From the NCBI GenBank assembly GCA_040221055.1, contig JAVJVN010000009.1:32257-96256 (forward strand): DNA of 64,000 bases, read 5' to 3'. Shown here piece after piece: positions 44,430 to 52,676 of this stretch. Origin of the DNA: Rhodothermales bacterium (GTDB lineage Bacteria > Bacteroidota > Rhodothermia > Rhodothermales > UBA10348). Below the pieces are notes generated by a model, which was not told the DNA's origin, ran no database searches, and saw only the letters and a list, made by a program, of their open reading frames with translations. Every line of letters starts with the position of its first letter. The first letter of the stretch is position 1. Both the position numbers and the translations under genes were made by a program.

Positions 44430-45635
44430 TCAGTCAAAAAGATGAATCAGGAGGCCGGACCGCAACTTCGGTTCGAACCACGTGGATTTTGGTGGCATGA
44501 GTTCGCCGGCATCCGAAACGGACACCAATTCGTCCATGGAAGTCGGATACATGGATATGGCCAGTGCTGCCTTTCCTTCGTGGACCAGTCGCTCCAGTTC
44601 CCGCGTTCCCCTGATACCGCCGACAAAGTCGATGTTGCTGTCCCGGCGCGGATCAGTAATACCCAGGAGGGGCTCAAGGATACCGGCAGAGAGTCGGGCG
44701 ACATCCAGACTGGCCGTCACATCGGATGTAACCGGTTCAGGCAAGGTCAGTCCGTACCATGTGTTGCCAAGATACAAACAGATCCGGCCTTTGGAATCTG
44801 GCGTCGGTTGGGAAACCGGACCGACATCGAATCGTGAGCGCAGGGTTGACAGGAACTCGTCCGGACCTTGCGGAAGACGGCGAATAATCCGATTGTACGG
44901 CAGTATGGCGACCTGACTCATGGGAAACAGGACGGCCGGGAAGAATCGGGATTCATGGTCCGGTGGCCCATTGATCTCCTCGGCTGCCCGACTGGCTGCC
45001 TTGCATCGGTGATGCCCATCGGCGACATAAAGTTGTGGTACGTCAGCAAACGCCTTCACGATGGGCCCGGTGTCAGTGATGCGCCAGACCGTGTGTCGGA
45101 TTCCGTCATCCGCCGTGAAATCGTACAACGCGGGTGACATCTGTGCTTCCTCAATCAGCGCCTGGACCCCGGGATGGTCCTTGAACGCGAGCATGACAGG
45201 TTCTGCGTGAGCTTGCTGCTCAAGGATGTGACGTGTTCGATCATCTTCCTTGACGGGACGCGTGAGTTCGTGCTTCAGGATGCGTCCGCTGTCGTACTCG
45301 TCCGTGGACACGCACCCGAAGACGCCCGTCTGTGAACGACCATCCATGACCAGGCGGTAAACATACACGCACGGATTAACATCCTGGGTTGAAAACGGGG
45401 CATGACGGAAGGAACGGAGATTCTCGGCGCCTTTGGCGTACACCTCAGGGTCATGCTCGTCCATGGACACCGGAAGATCGATTTCCGGCCGGATGACATG
45501 CAGGAAACTCAGCGGATTCCCCTCCGCCAGGTCACGCGCTTCTTCGGTGTTGATGACGTCGTATGGTACACAGGCAACGTCCTGTGCCCGCTCGGGTACC
45601 GGACGGAGTGCTTTGAAAGGGTGAAGAAGGGCCAT
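44430..45635 (-). CDS. DUF1015 domain-containing protein
   Basis: The ORF track starts at 45716. The family-typical N-terminus MALLHPFKALRPVPE begins at ATG 45635. YVADGHHRCKAA and a C-terminal PPKSTWFEPK motif. Confidence 0.85.
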   Translation of the reverse strand: MALLHPFKALRPVPERAQDVACVPYDVINTEEARDLAEGNPLSFLHVIRPEIDLPVSMDEHDPEVYAKGAENLRSFRHAPFSTQDVNPCVYVYRLVMDGRSQTGVFGCVSTDEYDSGRILKHELTRPVKEDDRTRHILEQQAHAEPVMLAFKDHPGVQALIEEAQMSPALYDFTADDGIRHTVWRITDTGPIVKAFADVPQLYVADGHHRCKAASRAAEEINGPPDHESRFFPAVLFPMSQVAILPYNRIIRRLPQGPDEFLSTLRSRFDVGPVSQPTPDSKGRICLYLGNTWYGLTLPEPVTSDVTASLDVARLSAGILEPLLGITDPRRDSNIDFVGGIRGTRELERLVHEGKAALAISMYPTSMDELVSVSDAGELMPPKSTWFEPKLRSGLLIHLFD

Positions 45636-45733
45636 GTCGAAGCACACGTGTGGTGGATGTGGAACAGGAATTCCGAAAATACAATGCAACCCCGGAGGGA
45701 TATACCGTGCGTCCATTCTTCAACGGGAGTTCG

Positions 45734-45762
45734 TTGATTGTAGCCCATGATTTCCGTATTAT
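45734..45762 (+). promoter_or_regulatory. Candidate sigma-70-type promoter for the initiator tRNA
   Basis: TTGATT (45734-45739), a 17-nt spacer, then TATTAT (45757-45762), ending 12 nt before the tRNA 5' end (45775). This is a pattern match only. Confidence 0.4.
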
Positions 45763-45774
45763 TGTATCCTACAT

Positions 45775-45847
45775 CGCGGGGTGGAGCAGCTGGTAGCTCA
45801 TCGGGCTCATAACCCGAAGGTCGCAGGTTCGAATCCTGCCCCCGCTA
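45775..45847 (+). tRNA. Initiator tRNA-fMet (anticodon CAT)
   Basis: CGCGGGGTGGAGCAGCTGGTAGCTCATCGGGCTCATAACCCGAAGGTCGCAGGTTCGAATCCTGCCCCCGCTA is near-identical in layout to E. coli tRNA-fMet. It has an unpaired 1:72 position (C1/U72) and three consecutive G:C pairs closing the anticodon stem (GGG/CCC). CCA is not encoded. Confidence 0.92.
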
Positions 45848-45851
45848 CTGC

Positions 45852-45890
45852 AAAGGGCGTTCTGATCATGCGATCGGGACGCCCTTTTAC
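45852..45890 (+). terminator. Rho-independent terminator after tRNA-fMet
   Basis: AAAGGGCGT (45852-45860) pairs with ACGCCCTTT (45879-45887), with inner GATC/GATC pairing, followed by a T-rich tract TTTTACTTTATTC. Confidence 0.65.
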
Positions 45891-45909
45891 TTTATTCTAG
45901 AACGCTTCC

Positions 45910-46821
45910 ATGCATCCTGCGAGCGTCCTGCTGGTCTTCTTGGACGGAATCGGATTGGCCCCTCCGGGTCCGGACAATCCATTATCCGGCCCGGACCTGT
46001 CCGGACTGCATATGTGGGCGGGTGGCCGTCCCTGGACGCTTCCCGTCACTCCTGTCCCTGACGAGATGCATCATTTTGCGGCTGTGGATGCGTGTCTCGG
46101 CGTTCCGGGACTGCCGCAGAGTGGTACGGGGCAGGCCACACTCTTTACGGGAATCAACTGCGCCAGACTGGCGCAGCGGCATTTCGGACCCTGGCCACAT
46201 TCCAGCACGCGCAATGCGTTGCGCAGCCACAACGTGTTTCGACGCGTCCGGGAGCATACGGGCCGGGATACGGCGTTCGCGAATGCGTTTCCCGAAGCCT
46301 TCTTCGAGCGTGCCACACGGACGGACCGGTGGTCGACCACGACGCGATGCTGCCTGGATTCGGGAACTCCGCTCCGCACGCTGGAGGATCTCGCTTCCGG
46401 AAATGCGGTGGCCGCGGATATCACGGGAGCGGGACTGCGCCGCTTCACGGGCCACACGACAGAACAGACGGAAGAGCACGCCGCAGACCGCTTGCTCGCT
46501 GTGGCCCAACAACATGCATTCACGCTGTTCGAGTACTTCCTGACAGACAAGGCCGGCCATGCCCAGTCCCCGGGCCAGGCGGTCGAGGTACTACAATCCG
46601 TTTCCCGATTCCTGGGCCACCTCCATGCATGCAAGCCGGACGGCATGACCATCGTGATCACATCGGATCACGGCAACCTGGAAGATCTCTCCGTGCGGAC
46701 ACATACCCGGAATCCGGTGCCGCTCGCAGTTTCAGGTCCTGGCGCTGGCGCCTTCGTGGATGTCGTCGACTTGACGGACGTGGTGCCCGCCATCATCCAG
46801 GCGTTCAGGGGCGTTCGTTGA
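45910..46821 (+). CDS. Alkaline-phosphatase-superfamily metalloenzyme (cofactor-independent mutase / phosphopentomutase-like)
   Basis: 303 aa. N-terminal LLVFLDGIGL (metal-binding Asp), LPQSGTGQATLFTG (nucleophile region), ITSDHGN (second metal site). The substrate cannot be assigned from sequence. Confidence 0.7.
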   Translation: MHPASVLLVFLDGIGLAPPGPDNPLSGPDLSGLHMWAGGRPWTLPVTPVPDEMHHFAAVDACLGVPGLPQSGTGQATLFTGINCARLAQRHFGPWPHSSTRNALRSHNVFRRVREHTGRDTAFANAFPEAFFERATRTDRWSTTTRCCLDSGTPLRTLEDLASGNAVAADITGAGLRRFTGHTTEQTEEHAADRLLAVAQQHAFTLFEYFLTDKAGHAQSPGQAVEVLQSVSRFLGHLHACKPDGMTIVITSDHGNLEDLSVRTHTRNPVPLAVSGPGAGAFVDVVDLTDVVPAIIQAFRGVR

Positions 46822-48994
46822 GCAATTCGTGCAGCACGTGGTCGGCTCCGTAGGCATGCCTGAGCATGGCCACGATGGCCCGAATGTCCACGGCAATGGT
46901 TCTTCCATCCTCCCGGCCGAAGACCCAGTTTGAAGGCAGGGCGTCCCAATTGCTGTCGAAAACAAGTCCCACCAGGTCCAGGTCACGGGAAAGGAGTGGC
47001 GAGCCGGAGTTTCCACCGGCAATGTCGGTCGTAGCGACCAGATTGAGCGGAATGTCCCGCAACACGGCGGCATGCCCGTCAAGCTCCTTCGGGAGCGACC
47101 AGGGTGATGCTTGTGCTCCGGCCCCCTGCCGCTCAGCCAGGGCAAAAAGGCCGGCAAACGTCGTAAAAGCGGAAGTGGAGTCGACCCCTTTCACGCGCCC
47201 GTCTGAAATGCGGAGCTTGAAGGATGCATCCGGCGGTGACGGTGTTGCTTCCACACGGTACCGTCCCTCTTCCAGACGGGTCAGCAAGGCGTTTTCGCGC
47301 GTGACGAGCCCCGAAAGTTCGGCATCCAATGTGAAATACAGGGGGGCAAGTGCCTCGATCAACGGAACCGTGACGTCCCCGCTGGCCAGATAGTTTTCGT
47401 CAAGGATTTCCTGGAACGCATCCTTTTCCGCAATCCGGGTGTGCGTCACCATGGAATCGGCGATGGTCGCTGCATCCTTTCCGTCCAGCAAGCGCCGGAC
47501 GGTCGGATCCGTTTCACCGAGGGCATGAATCACGTCCATCAGCCGTGCCTGGATCATGTCCCGTTCCACGTCCCGGGGCCAATCCTCGATGTTTAGGGCA
47601 TCTTTCCGGAGCGATGCCAAGGCTTCATCATCTGCACCTCGTTGTCTGGAGAGCGTAAGGACATATCCATACATGGCCCGGGCCAGGATCCTGGATGAAG
47701 CCACCGGATTCAGGAAATGCGTGAAGGCTTCCGCCTTTCTCGCAGAAATCCGCTTGGATTGCTGGAGCAGCCGAAGGTCCCGCTGCAGATTGCCGAATGC
47801 CTGCGCGAGCGAGTCTTCCTGGGCGAATTGCCGTTGCAGTACCTGGTCCGCCGTATATCGGACGGCGAGGACATCTCCTTCATTCAATCCTTCGAGCGAG
47901 CCCCGCTCTGCTTTGAGCGTATTCTCCAGTGTCATCAAATCATTGGCCAACGAATCGGCCAGCCGTTCGGAATGGTTCCGAAGCACCTGTTGTCGGTTCA
48001 TGAGCACGGCTATGCTGCGTGGCAAGGTGACGTCCCGCTCGTACTCGAGTATGGAAACCGGGGACAGTCGGTCGGTCGTACCCGGGTTGCCGACGACGAA
48101 TACCGCATCTCCGGATTGTACCGAGGTCGTGTCGACGGAAAAGTAATGGGCCGGCTTGTGTGGATGTCCCTCCCGGTCCCGGACACGCAGGAACGCCATG
48201 TCCAGGGTATGCCTCGGCCACGAGAAATTGTCAGCATCCCCCCCGAAGTAACCGGCTGACTCCGACGGAACCAGAACCAGTCTCACATCGCGGTGCCTGC
48301 GATACACGTAGGCACTGTACCGGTAGGCGCTCCACGTCTCGAATACCTCCACCACATACAGGGAATCCGATCCGTTCAGTTCTTCCGTCATCCGACGTTC
48401 TATGGCTTCCGCGCGCTTTCGACGGGCATCCATCCTGGGGCCCGCTCCGCGGACGTCCTCGGCCGCTTTCCGGACTTCGTCGGTCACGTTCTCAATCCGC
48501 AGCAGTTCATCCACGTACAGATCCGGAATGCGCCGTTCGAGGGAATCATGACGAGCGACGAACCCGTCTTTCAGCAGATTTTCCCCGTCCTGTTCCACTT
48601 TTTCCAGTTGATCCCGGACGCAATGGTGGTTCGTCAGAACCAGTCCCTCCGCCGAAACGAAAGATGCCGAACAGAACGTACCCAGCCGCAACGCGCCACG
48701 CATGGCTCGGGTGCTCCAGGATGAGTCTGGACGGAGGTCATACTCCTCGGCCCACCAATCGTATGGCAGCGCATCGAATACCCACATGCGACCATTCACA
48801 TGGTGAGGCACCGGCACTTCTTCATAAGCCGGTTGCGCGGGAGATGCCGGGTACGCCCGAACCGTATCGGCCCGCATGACCGGACGGGACGTGACCTCCG
48901 CGACCTGTCGGGGCGGAGCGCAGGCGGACGTTGCAAAGACGACAAGAACGAGCATTGCTGCGACGTTTCGCATATGGAACCGGTTCGGGTGCAT
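46805..48994 (-). CDS. S46 family serine peptidase (dipeptidyl-peptidase 7/11-like)
   Basis: The ORF track runs to 49132 across tRNA-Leu, which is impossible. Usable ATGs are 48994 (MHPNRFHMRNV) and 48973 (MRNVAAMLVLVVFATSAC, lipobox-like). GTFCSASFVSAEGLVLTNHHC (His), GGNSGSPLL (Ser). Confidence 0.88.
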   Translation of the reverse strand: MHPNRFHMRNVAAMLVLVVFATSACAPPRQVAEVTSRPVMRADTVRAYPASPAQPAYEEVPVPHHVNGRMWVFDALPYDWWAEEYDLRPDSSWSTRAMRGALRLGTFCSASFVSAEGLVLTNHHCVRDQLEKVEQDGENLLKDGFVARHDSLERRIPDLYVDELLRIENVTDEVRKAAEDVRGAGPRMDARRKRAEAIERRMTEELNGSDSLYVVEVFETWSAYRYSAYVYRRHRDVRLVLVPSESAGYFGGDADNFSWPRHTLDMAFLRVRDREGHPHKPAHYFSVDTTSVQSGDAVFVVGNPGTTDRLSPVSILEYERDVTLPRSIAVLMNRQQVLRNHSERLADSLANDLMTLENTLKAERGSLEGLNEGDVLAVRYTADQVLQRQFAQEDSLAQAFGNLQRDLRLLQQSKRISARKAEAFTHFLNPVASSRILARAMYGYVLTLSRQRGADDEALASLRKDALNIEDWPRDVERDMIQARLMDVIHALGETDPTVRRLLDGKDAATIADSMVTHTRIAEKDAFQEILDENYLASGDVTVPLIEALAPLYFTLDAELSGLVTRENALLTRLEEGRYRVEATPSPPDASFKLRISDGRVKGVDSTSAFTTFAGLFALAERQGAGAQASPWSLPKELDGHAAVLRDIPLNLVATTDIAGGNSGSPLLSRDLDLVGLVFDSNWDALPSNWVFGREDGRTIAVDIRAIVAMLRHAYGADHVLHELLNERP

Positions 48995-49013
48995 GGGTAT
49001 TAGAGGCGCCACG

Positions 49014-49097
49014 GCGAGAGTGGCGGAATTGGTAGACGCGCCAGACTTAGGATCTGGTGTCCGGAAGGACGTGGGGGTTCGAGTCCCCCCTTTCGCA
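49014..49097 (+). tRNA. tRNA-Leu (anticodon TAG)
   Basis: GCGAGAGTGGCGGAATTGGTAGACGCGCCAGACTTAGGATCTGGTGTCCGGAAGGACGTGGGGGTTCGAGTCCCCCCTTTCGCA. Acceptor GCGAGAG/CTTTCGC, anticodon stem CCAGA/TCTGG with loop CTTAGGA, long variable arm, T-arm GGGGG-TTCGAGT-CCCCC. Confidence 0.92.
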
Positions 49098-49131
49098 CGA
49101 GAAGGCTGTTCCGACCGCATGACGGCCAGCA

Positions 49132-50061
49132 TCAGTTCAGCATGGCTTCATAGTCGGAAATATGGGCAGGGTCCATTTTGGACAAGGCGTCAAAAGCCTG
49201 GTTTGCCTGCGTGGAGCCCTTCAACATGGCTGCAATCTCTCCATATTTGCTGGAGAAGAACTGATCCAGATAGTAGGCGCGGGATACGTCCTCGCGCAGG
49301 CTGGCAAGATTGTTCAGCAGGTCAACCAGAACCGTCCTGGCGCGCTCCGGGTCGCGAATGAAGTGATCCAGGGATTCAAAATGGTAGTCAAAGTATCCTT
49401 CCCGCAGTGAGCGGAACCGGGGATTCATGATATCCGAGATGAGTTGGCCGCGGCTGACGTCTCCGCCCATGGACGACCAGCCTACAGCACCACTGCTCTG
49501 GGCAATCTCGGATATCCGGCGCGCCCGTTCAAAATGCGGATCCCCTCCCATGCGACTGAAGGTATCGTAGTCGAAGCCCAGCATTATGTATGCATAGAAG
49601 TTGAGAACCGACGTGATGGAGTGGTATCGGTCGGGTTCAAAGATCAGCGGGGATCCCTGTGCATAATCGAAAACCCACGCTTCATCACTCAACTGCAGAA
49701 CGGTGGACTGTTGACCTGTTCCAAAGATAGGACGTCGTGAGGCCAGCACCAGACGCGCCCGGAAACGCGTCAAGGATATGGCCTCCGTCATGACGATCTG
49801 GATGGAACAGTCAATCCGTTCGAAATCCCGGTAACGGTCCTCTGTCCACTGGCGCTGGTTCACGTATTCGAACACCCGTTGACGGAGGTCGTCCAGAAAA
49901 CTGTAGTCCGTGCCTGTAAGGCTGGAATAATTGACCGCGACAGTGCAATTGAATTCCTGCGCATGACTCCTGGTCACAGACAGGCCTGCCAGGACAAGAA
50001 CGACCGCGATCGACGCGACTATGCGTCTTATGGGACGAGTGGACGATTCGACACCGTGCAT
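49132..50061 (-). CDS. DUF4835 family protein (PorD-like, type IX secretion associated)
   Basis: 309 aa. Signal peptide followed by QEFNCTVAVNYS. WTEDRYRDFERIDCSIQI, FDYAQGSPLIFEP, VLNFYAYIMLGFDYDTFSRMGGD, GWSSMGG. This matches my recollection of the DUF4835 pattern (ELNCTV.VN ... FYsYiiLG.D.DsF). Confidence 0.8.
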   Translation of the reverse strand: MHGVESSTRPIRRIVASIAVVLVLAGLSVTRSHAQEFNCTVAVNYSSLTGTDYSFLDDLRQRVFEYVNQRQWTEDRYRDFERIDCSIQIVMTEAISLTRFRARLVLASRRPIFGTGQQSTVLQLSDEAWVFDYAQGSPLIFEPDRYHSITSVLNFYAYIMLGFDYDTFSRMGGDPHFERARRISEIAQSSGAVGWSSMGGDVSRGQLISDIMNPRFRSLREGYFDYHFESLDHFIRDPERARTVLVDLLNNLASLREDVSRAYYLDQFFSSKYGEIAAMLKGSTQANQAFDALSKMDPAHISDYEAMLN

Positions 50062-50187
50062 GAAGACAATCTGGCGTGTTCGGAAGTGCGCGTAATACCG
50101 GGGTGGCCAGTTACAGTTTCACGCACGATGGGTCTTGGGTGTCCTGTGGATCAAACCGGACGCCCATCCGGCGTCTTGCTCCTGCGA

Positions 50188-51009
50188 ATGGTAACGCTTC
50201 TGCAATTTCCCGTCAGACCGACGGTGTGGCTTCCGGTCGCGCTTATGGTTTTGCTGGCATGGACGGTCACGACCGCGAGTGGCCAGTGGCCACCCGATCC
50301 TGAAACAGCCGGGCGGGGCGGAGCGGCGGGTGCCACCGGCGGCATCCTGTCACCGCTCCGCCCCGCCCACCTTCCGGTGGACGGGACCTGGCACGTCCGC
50401 CTGGATCATCATGTCCCGTTCGGCGTGACCGAGGCGTCCACGGTTGGTGCACGTTTCGGGCGGTCCAACGGTCAATCCACGTGGCTGGCATCGACCAAGG
50501 CGACCCGGTTCGACGCATACCAGGCCGTGTTCTTCGCCCTGTCGTACATGCGGCCCCTGACCCTGGCACAAGGCGTACGCGCGGGAGCCAGCTTCGGGTG
50601 GACCCATGAACGGATGGGGCTGCTCGGCGCTCGGCGTACGCCGGTTTCGGCGCTCGGTGTGAACTGGCATGCCCGTGAGGGAACCTCCGTAGCCTTCCAC
50701 CTGCTGAATTACAGGGCGACCAGACTCCATGGCTGGGTCGTGGCTGCCGACGGGACCTACGACCCCGGTGCACACTGGCCGCTGCTGCATGCCACCGTCT
50801 CCATCCATCCTGACTTCGGTCCGGCCTGGCACATCGGAAGCACCTGGAAGGCCGTGGAACGCATGTGGATTGACATCGGGGGTGCCGGGAATCCGTTCAG
50901 GACGGCCGCTTCCATCCGCTTCCGGAGCGGCACCCTCTTCGCACGTTTTGCTTTCGAGTGGCAACCGGACCCCGGAATAAGTCGGTGGATATCAATCGGG
51001 TGGTCATGA
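50188..51009 (+). CDS. Hypothetical protein, probable outer-membrane beta-barrel (273 aa)
   Basis: The ORF track starts at 49879, antisense inside the PorD-like gene. I use ATG 50188 (MVTLLQFPVRPTVWLPVALMVLLAWTVTTASGQ, signal-peptide-like); ATG 50128 is an alternative. Beta-strand-like dyads are present and the C-terminus is ...RWISIGWS. The stop overlaps the next ATG (ATGA). Confidence 0.55.
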   Translation: MVTLLQFPVRPTVWLPVALMVLLAWTVTTASGQWPPDPETAGRGGAAGATGGILSPLRPAHLPVDGTWHVRLDHHVPFGVTEASTVGARFGRSNGQSTWLASTKATRFDAYQAVFFALSYMRPLTLAQGVRAGASFGWTHERMGLLGARRTPVSALGVNWHAREGTSVAFHLLNYRATRLHGWVVAADGTYDPGAHWPLLHATVSIHPDFGPAWHIGSTWKAVERMWIDIGGAGNPFRTAASIRFRSGTLFARFAFEWQPDPGISRWISIGWS

Positions 51010-52676
51010 ACGGGCTCGTTTCAAAGGGGATGTTGGTGATGACCGCCTGGGGAATTGGACTGCATCCGGGTCACCTGACGGCACAAGTCACCGACTCGCT
51101 GGCGTACCTGGAGTTGCTGCACGAGCATGCTTTGCCCGAATACGTACTGGGATCGGAAAATACCCCGGGCGATGGGGTTGGTGCCTTGCGCGCGACCCGC
51201 AAAGCCCAGGAGCCAACAGATCCAGGAGCGCTCTCGTGGAATGCTGTTCTCGCCTCATCGGGCCGTGTTGCTTTCAACGCTGCATGGTCTCCCCATCCTT
51301 GGCTGGAAATGGCCGGCAGCCTGCTTCGGGAGTCATCTGAGCCGGTACGCCTTGATCCGGGTGCCCAGTGGTTCTTCGGTGAACACGCCAGCGGATACGT
51401 CCGAATGGGTGGACGGCGACTCAGACTGGTCCTCGGGGACTTCCGCTTTCGATCGGCGGCCGCGCTGTCCACCTTGGGGTTGCGGACAGCGGAGCCGTCC
51501 CGACGGCATCCGTGGCGCCCCACCCTCCGAATGCCGGACGTACGAGCCTATGCCGGTTCCTCCCAGCAACCGGCTCCGCGAGGCATGGCGCTGTCTTTGA
51601 AGCTTGCCGGAGGCTGGACCATCGACGTGTTCACGTCGGCACGACGGGAAGACGGGACCGTGAAATCAGGCTCCGGTACCCATCCGGTCCAGGAAACCTC
51701 GTTACGAAAATCCTGGCACTTTACTTCGGCCTCCAGCCTCATGTCACGTCGACGGGTCCGCGTGACAGCTCACGGAGGTGCAGCAAGGATGCTTCGCGGT
51801 CCGCTTCGGGCGGGCGCCACATGGACCCGCTTTTCGGTCCCTGGTGGATCGCGGAGCGTCTTCGAGTCCATGGGACGGTGGCAATGGTCGACCTCCGGGG
51901 CACGTACCGGTTTCGTCGCCACCCGATTCGGAATGACCCCGACGGATCGTGCCTTGGTGAGTTGGGCCGTGGAAATCTCCATACCCGTGACGGATATGGC
52001 ATTGAACCTGTACCATCTTCATGAGCAACCGGTGGCCTCCCTTCCGTGGGGACCCGAAGCCGGAATGGAGCCAAGGGACCACACGCGACGAACCACGGTT
52101 GCATCCGTGGGAACCCGCCTCACACGGGGTGGCGCGATGGTCTGGGGGATCCGGCACCATCATCGGGCGCCGAGCCGGCATCGACAATCCGAAGGCCATC
52201 AGGTTGCCGCATGGATCCATGCCGAGCGGTATACCTGGGCACTTGAGCTTCGCATCAGGAACGAGAAGGATGCCATGACCGGCGCCTGGAATGGGCAGGC
52301 CCGCTTTTCCGTCCGCAAAGAAACCACGGTCCGGCCTGACGTGCGCATAACCATGCAGGCCGTTGCCGCCGGTGCAGGTGGACTGGGAGCCCGGGTGCAG
52401 TGGCAAGCATCCCCACGGACGCGCTTCGTGGTTGGAAGAACCGTCATATGGGGCCATGATTCCGATCCCTGGGCGGTTCTTGTCACGGACAGGACGACCG
52501 GCATGTTGGGGCTGTTGCGCATGACCGGCCCTACCCTGCACTGGAGCATACGCCTTGAACGGAACCGATCCGGGCTGGGCAGGATGACCCTGTTCATGGA
52601 CCAACGCGCCCAACGGGCGTCCTTTACGGGCACCCGTGACATCCGACGCCGATTGGTCGTAGCGTTACGGTATTGA
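51006..52676 (+). CDS. Hypothetical Arg/Trp-rich protein, probable large outer-membrane beta-barrel (556 aa)
   Basis: The ORF track starts at GTG 50958. ATG 51006 overlaps the upstream stop (ATGA 51006-51009). Alternating patterns include RLRLVLGDFRFR, ALSLKLAGGWTIDVFTS, YTWALELRIRNE, ARVQWQASPRTRFVVGRTVIW. C-terminal ...RRLVVALRY. No family recognised. Confidence 0.6.
   Translation: MNGLVSKGMLVMTAWGIGLHPGHLTAQVTDSLAYLELLHEHALPEYVLGSENTPGDGVGALRATRKAQEPTDPGALSWNAVLASSGRVAFNAAWSPHPWLEMAGSLLRESSEPVRLDPGAQWFFGEHASGYVRMGGRRLRLVLGDFRFRSAAALSTLGLRTAEPSRRHPWRPTLRMPDVRAYAGSSQQPAPRGMALSLKLAGGWTIDVFTSARREDGTVKSGSGTHPVQETSLRKSWHFTSASSLMSRRRVRVTAHGGAARMLRGPLRAGATWTRFSVPGGSRSVFESMGRWQWSTSGARTGFVATRFGMTPTDRALVSWAVEISIPVTDMALNLYHLHEQPVASLPWGPEAGMEPRDHTRRTTVASVGTRLTRGGAMVWGIRHHHRAPSRHRQSEGHQVAAWIHAERYTWALELRIRNEKDAMTGAWNGQARFSVRKETTVRPDVRITMQAVAAGAGGLGARVQWQASPRTRFVVGRTVIWGHDSDPWAVLVTDRTTGMLGLLRMTGPTLHWSIRLERNRSGLGRMTLFMDQRAQRASFTGTRDIRRRLVVALRY

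Noticed and set aside
48995-49132. N-terminal 46 codons of the track ORF 46805..49132
   Set aside because: This extension runs antisense straight through tRNA-Leu (49014-49097). The S46 peptidase must start at ATG 48994 or 48973.
49879-50187. N-terminal 103 codons of the track ORF 49879..51009
   Set aside because: It overlaps the 5' end of the DUF4835 gene in antisense. A signal-peptide-like sequence begins only at ATG 50188.
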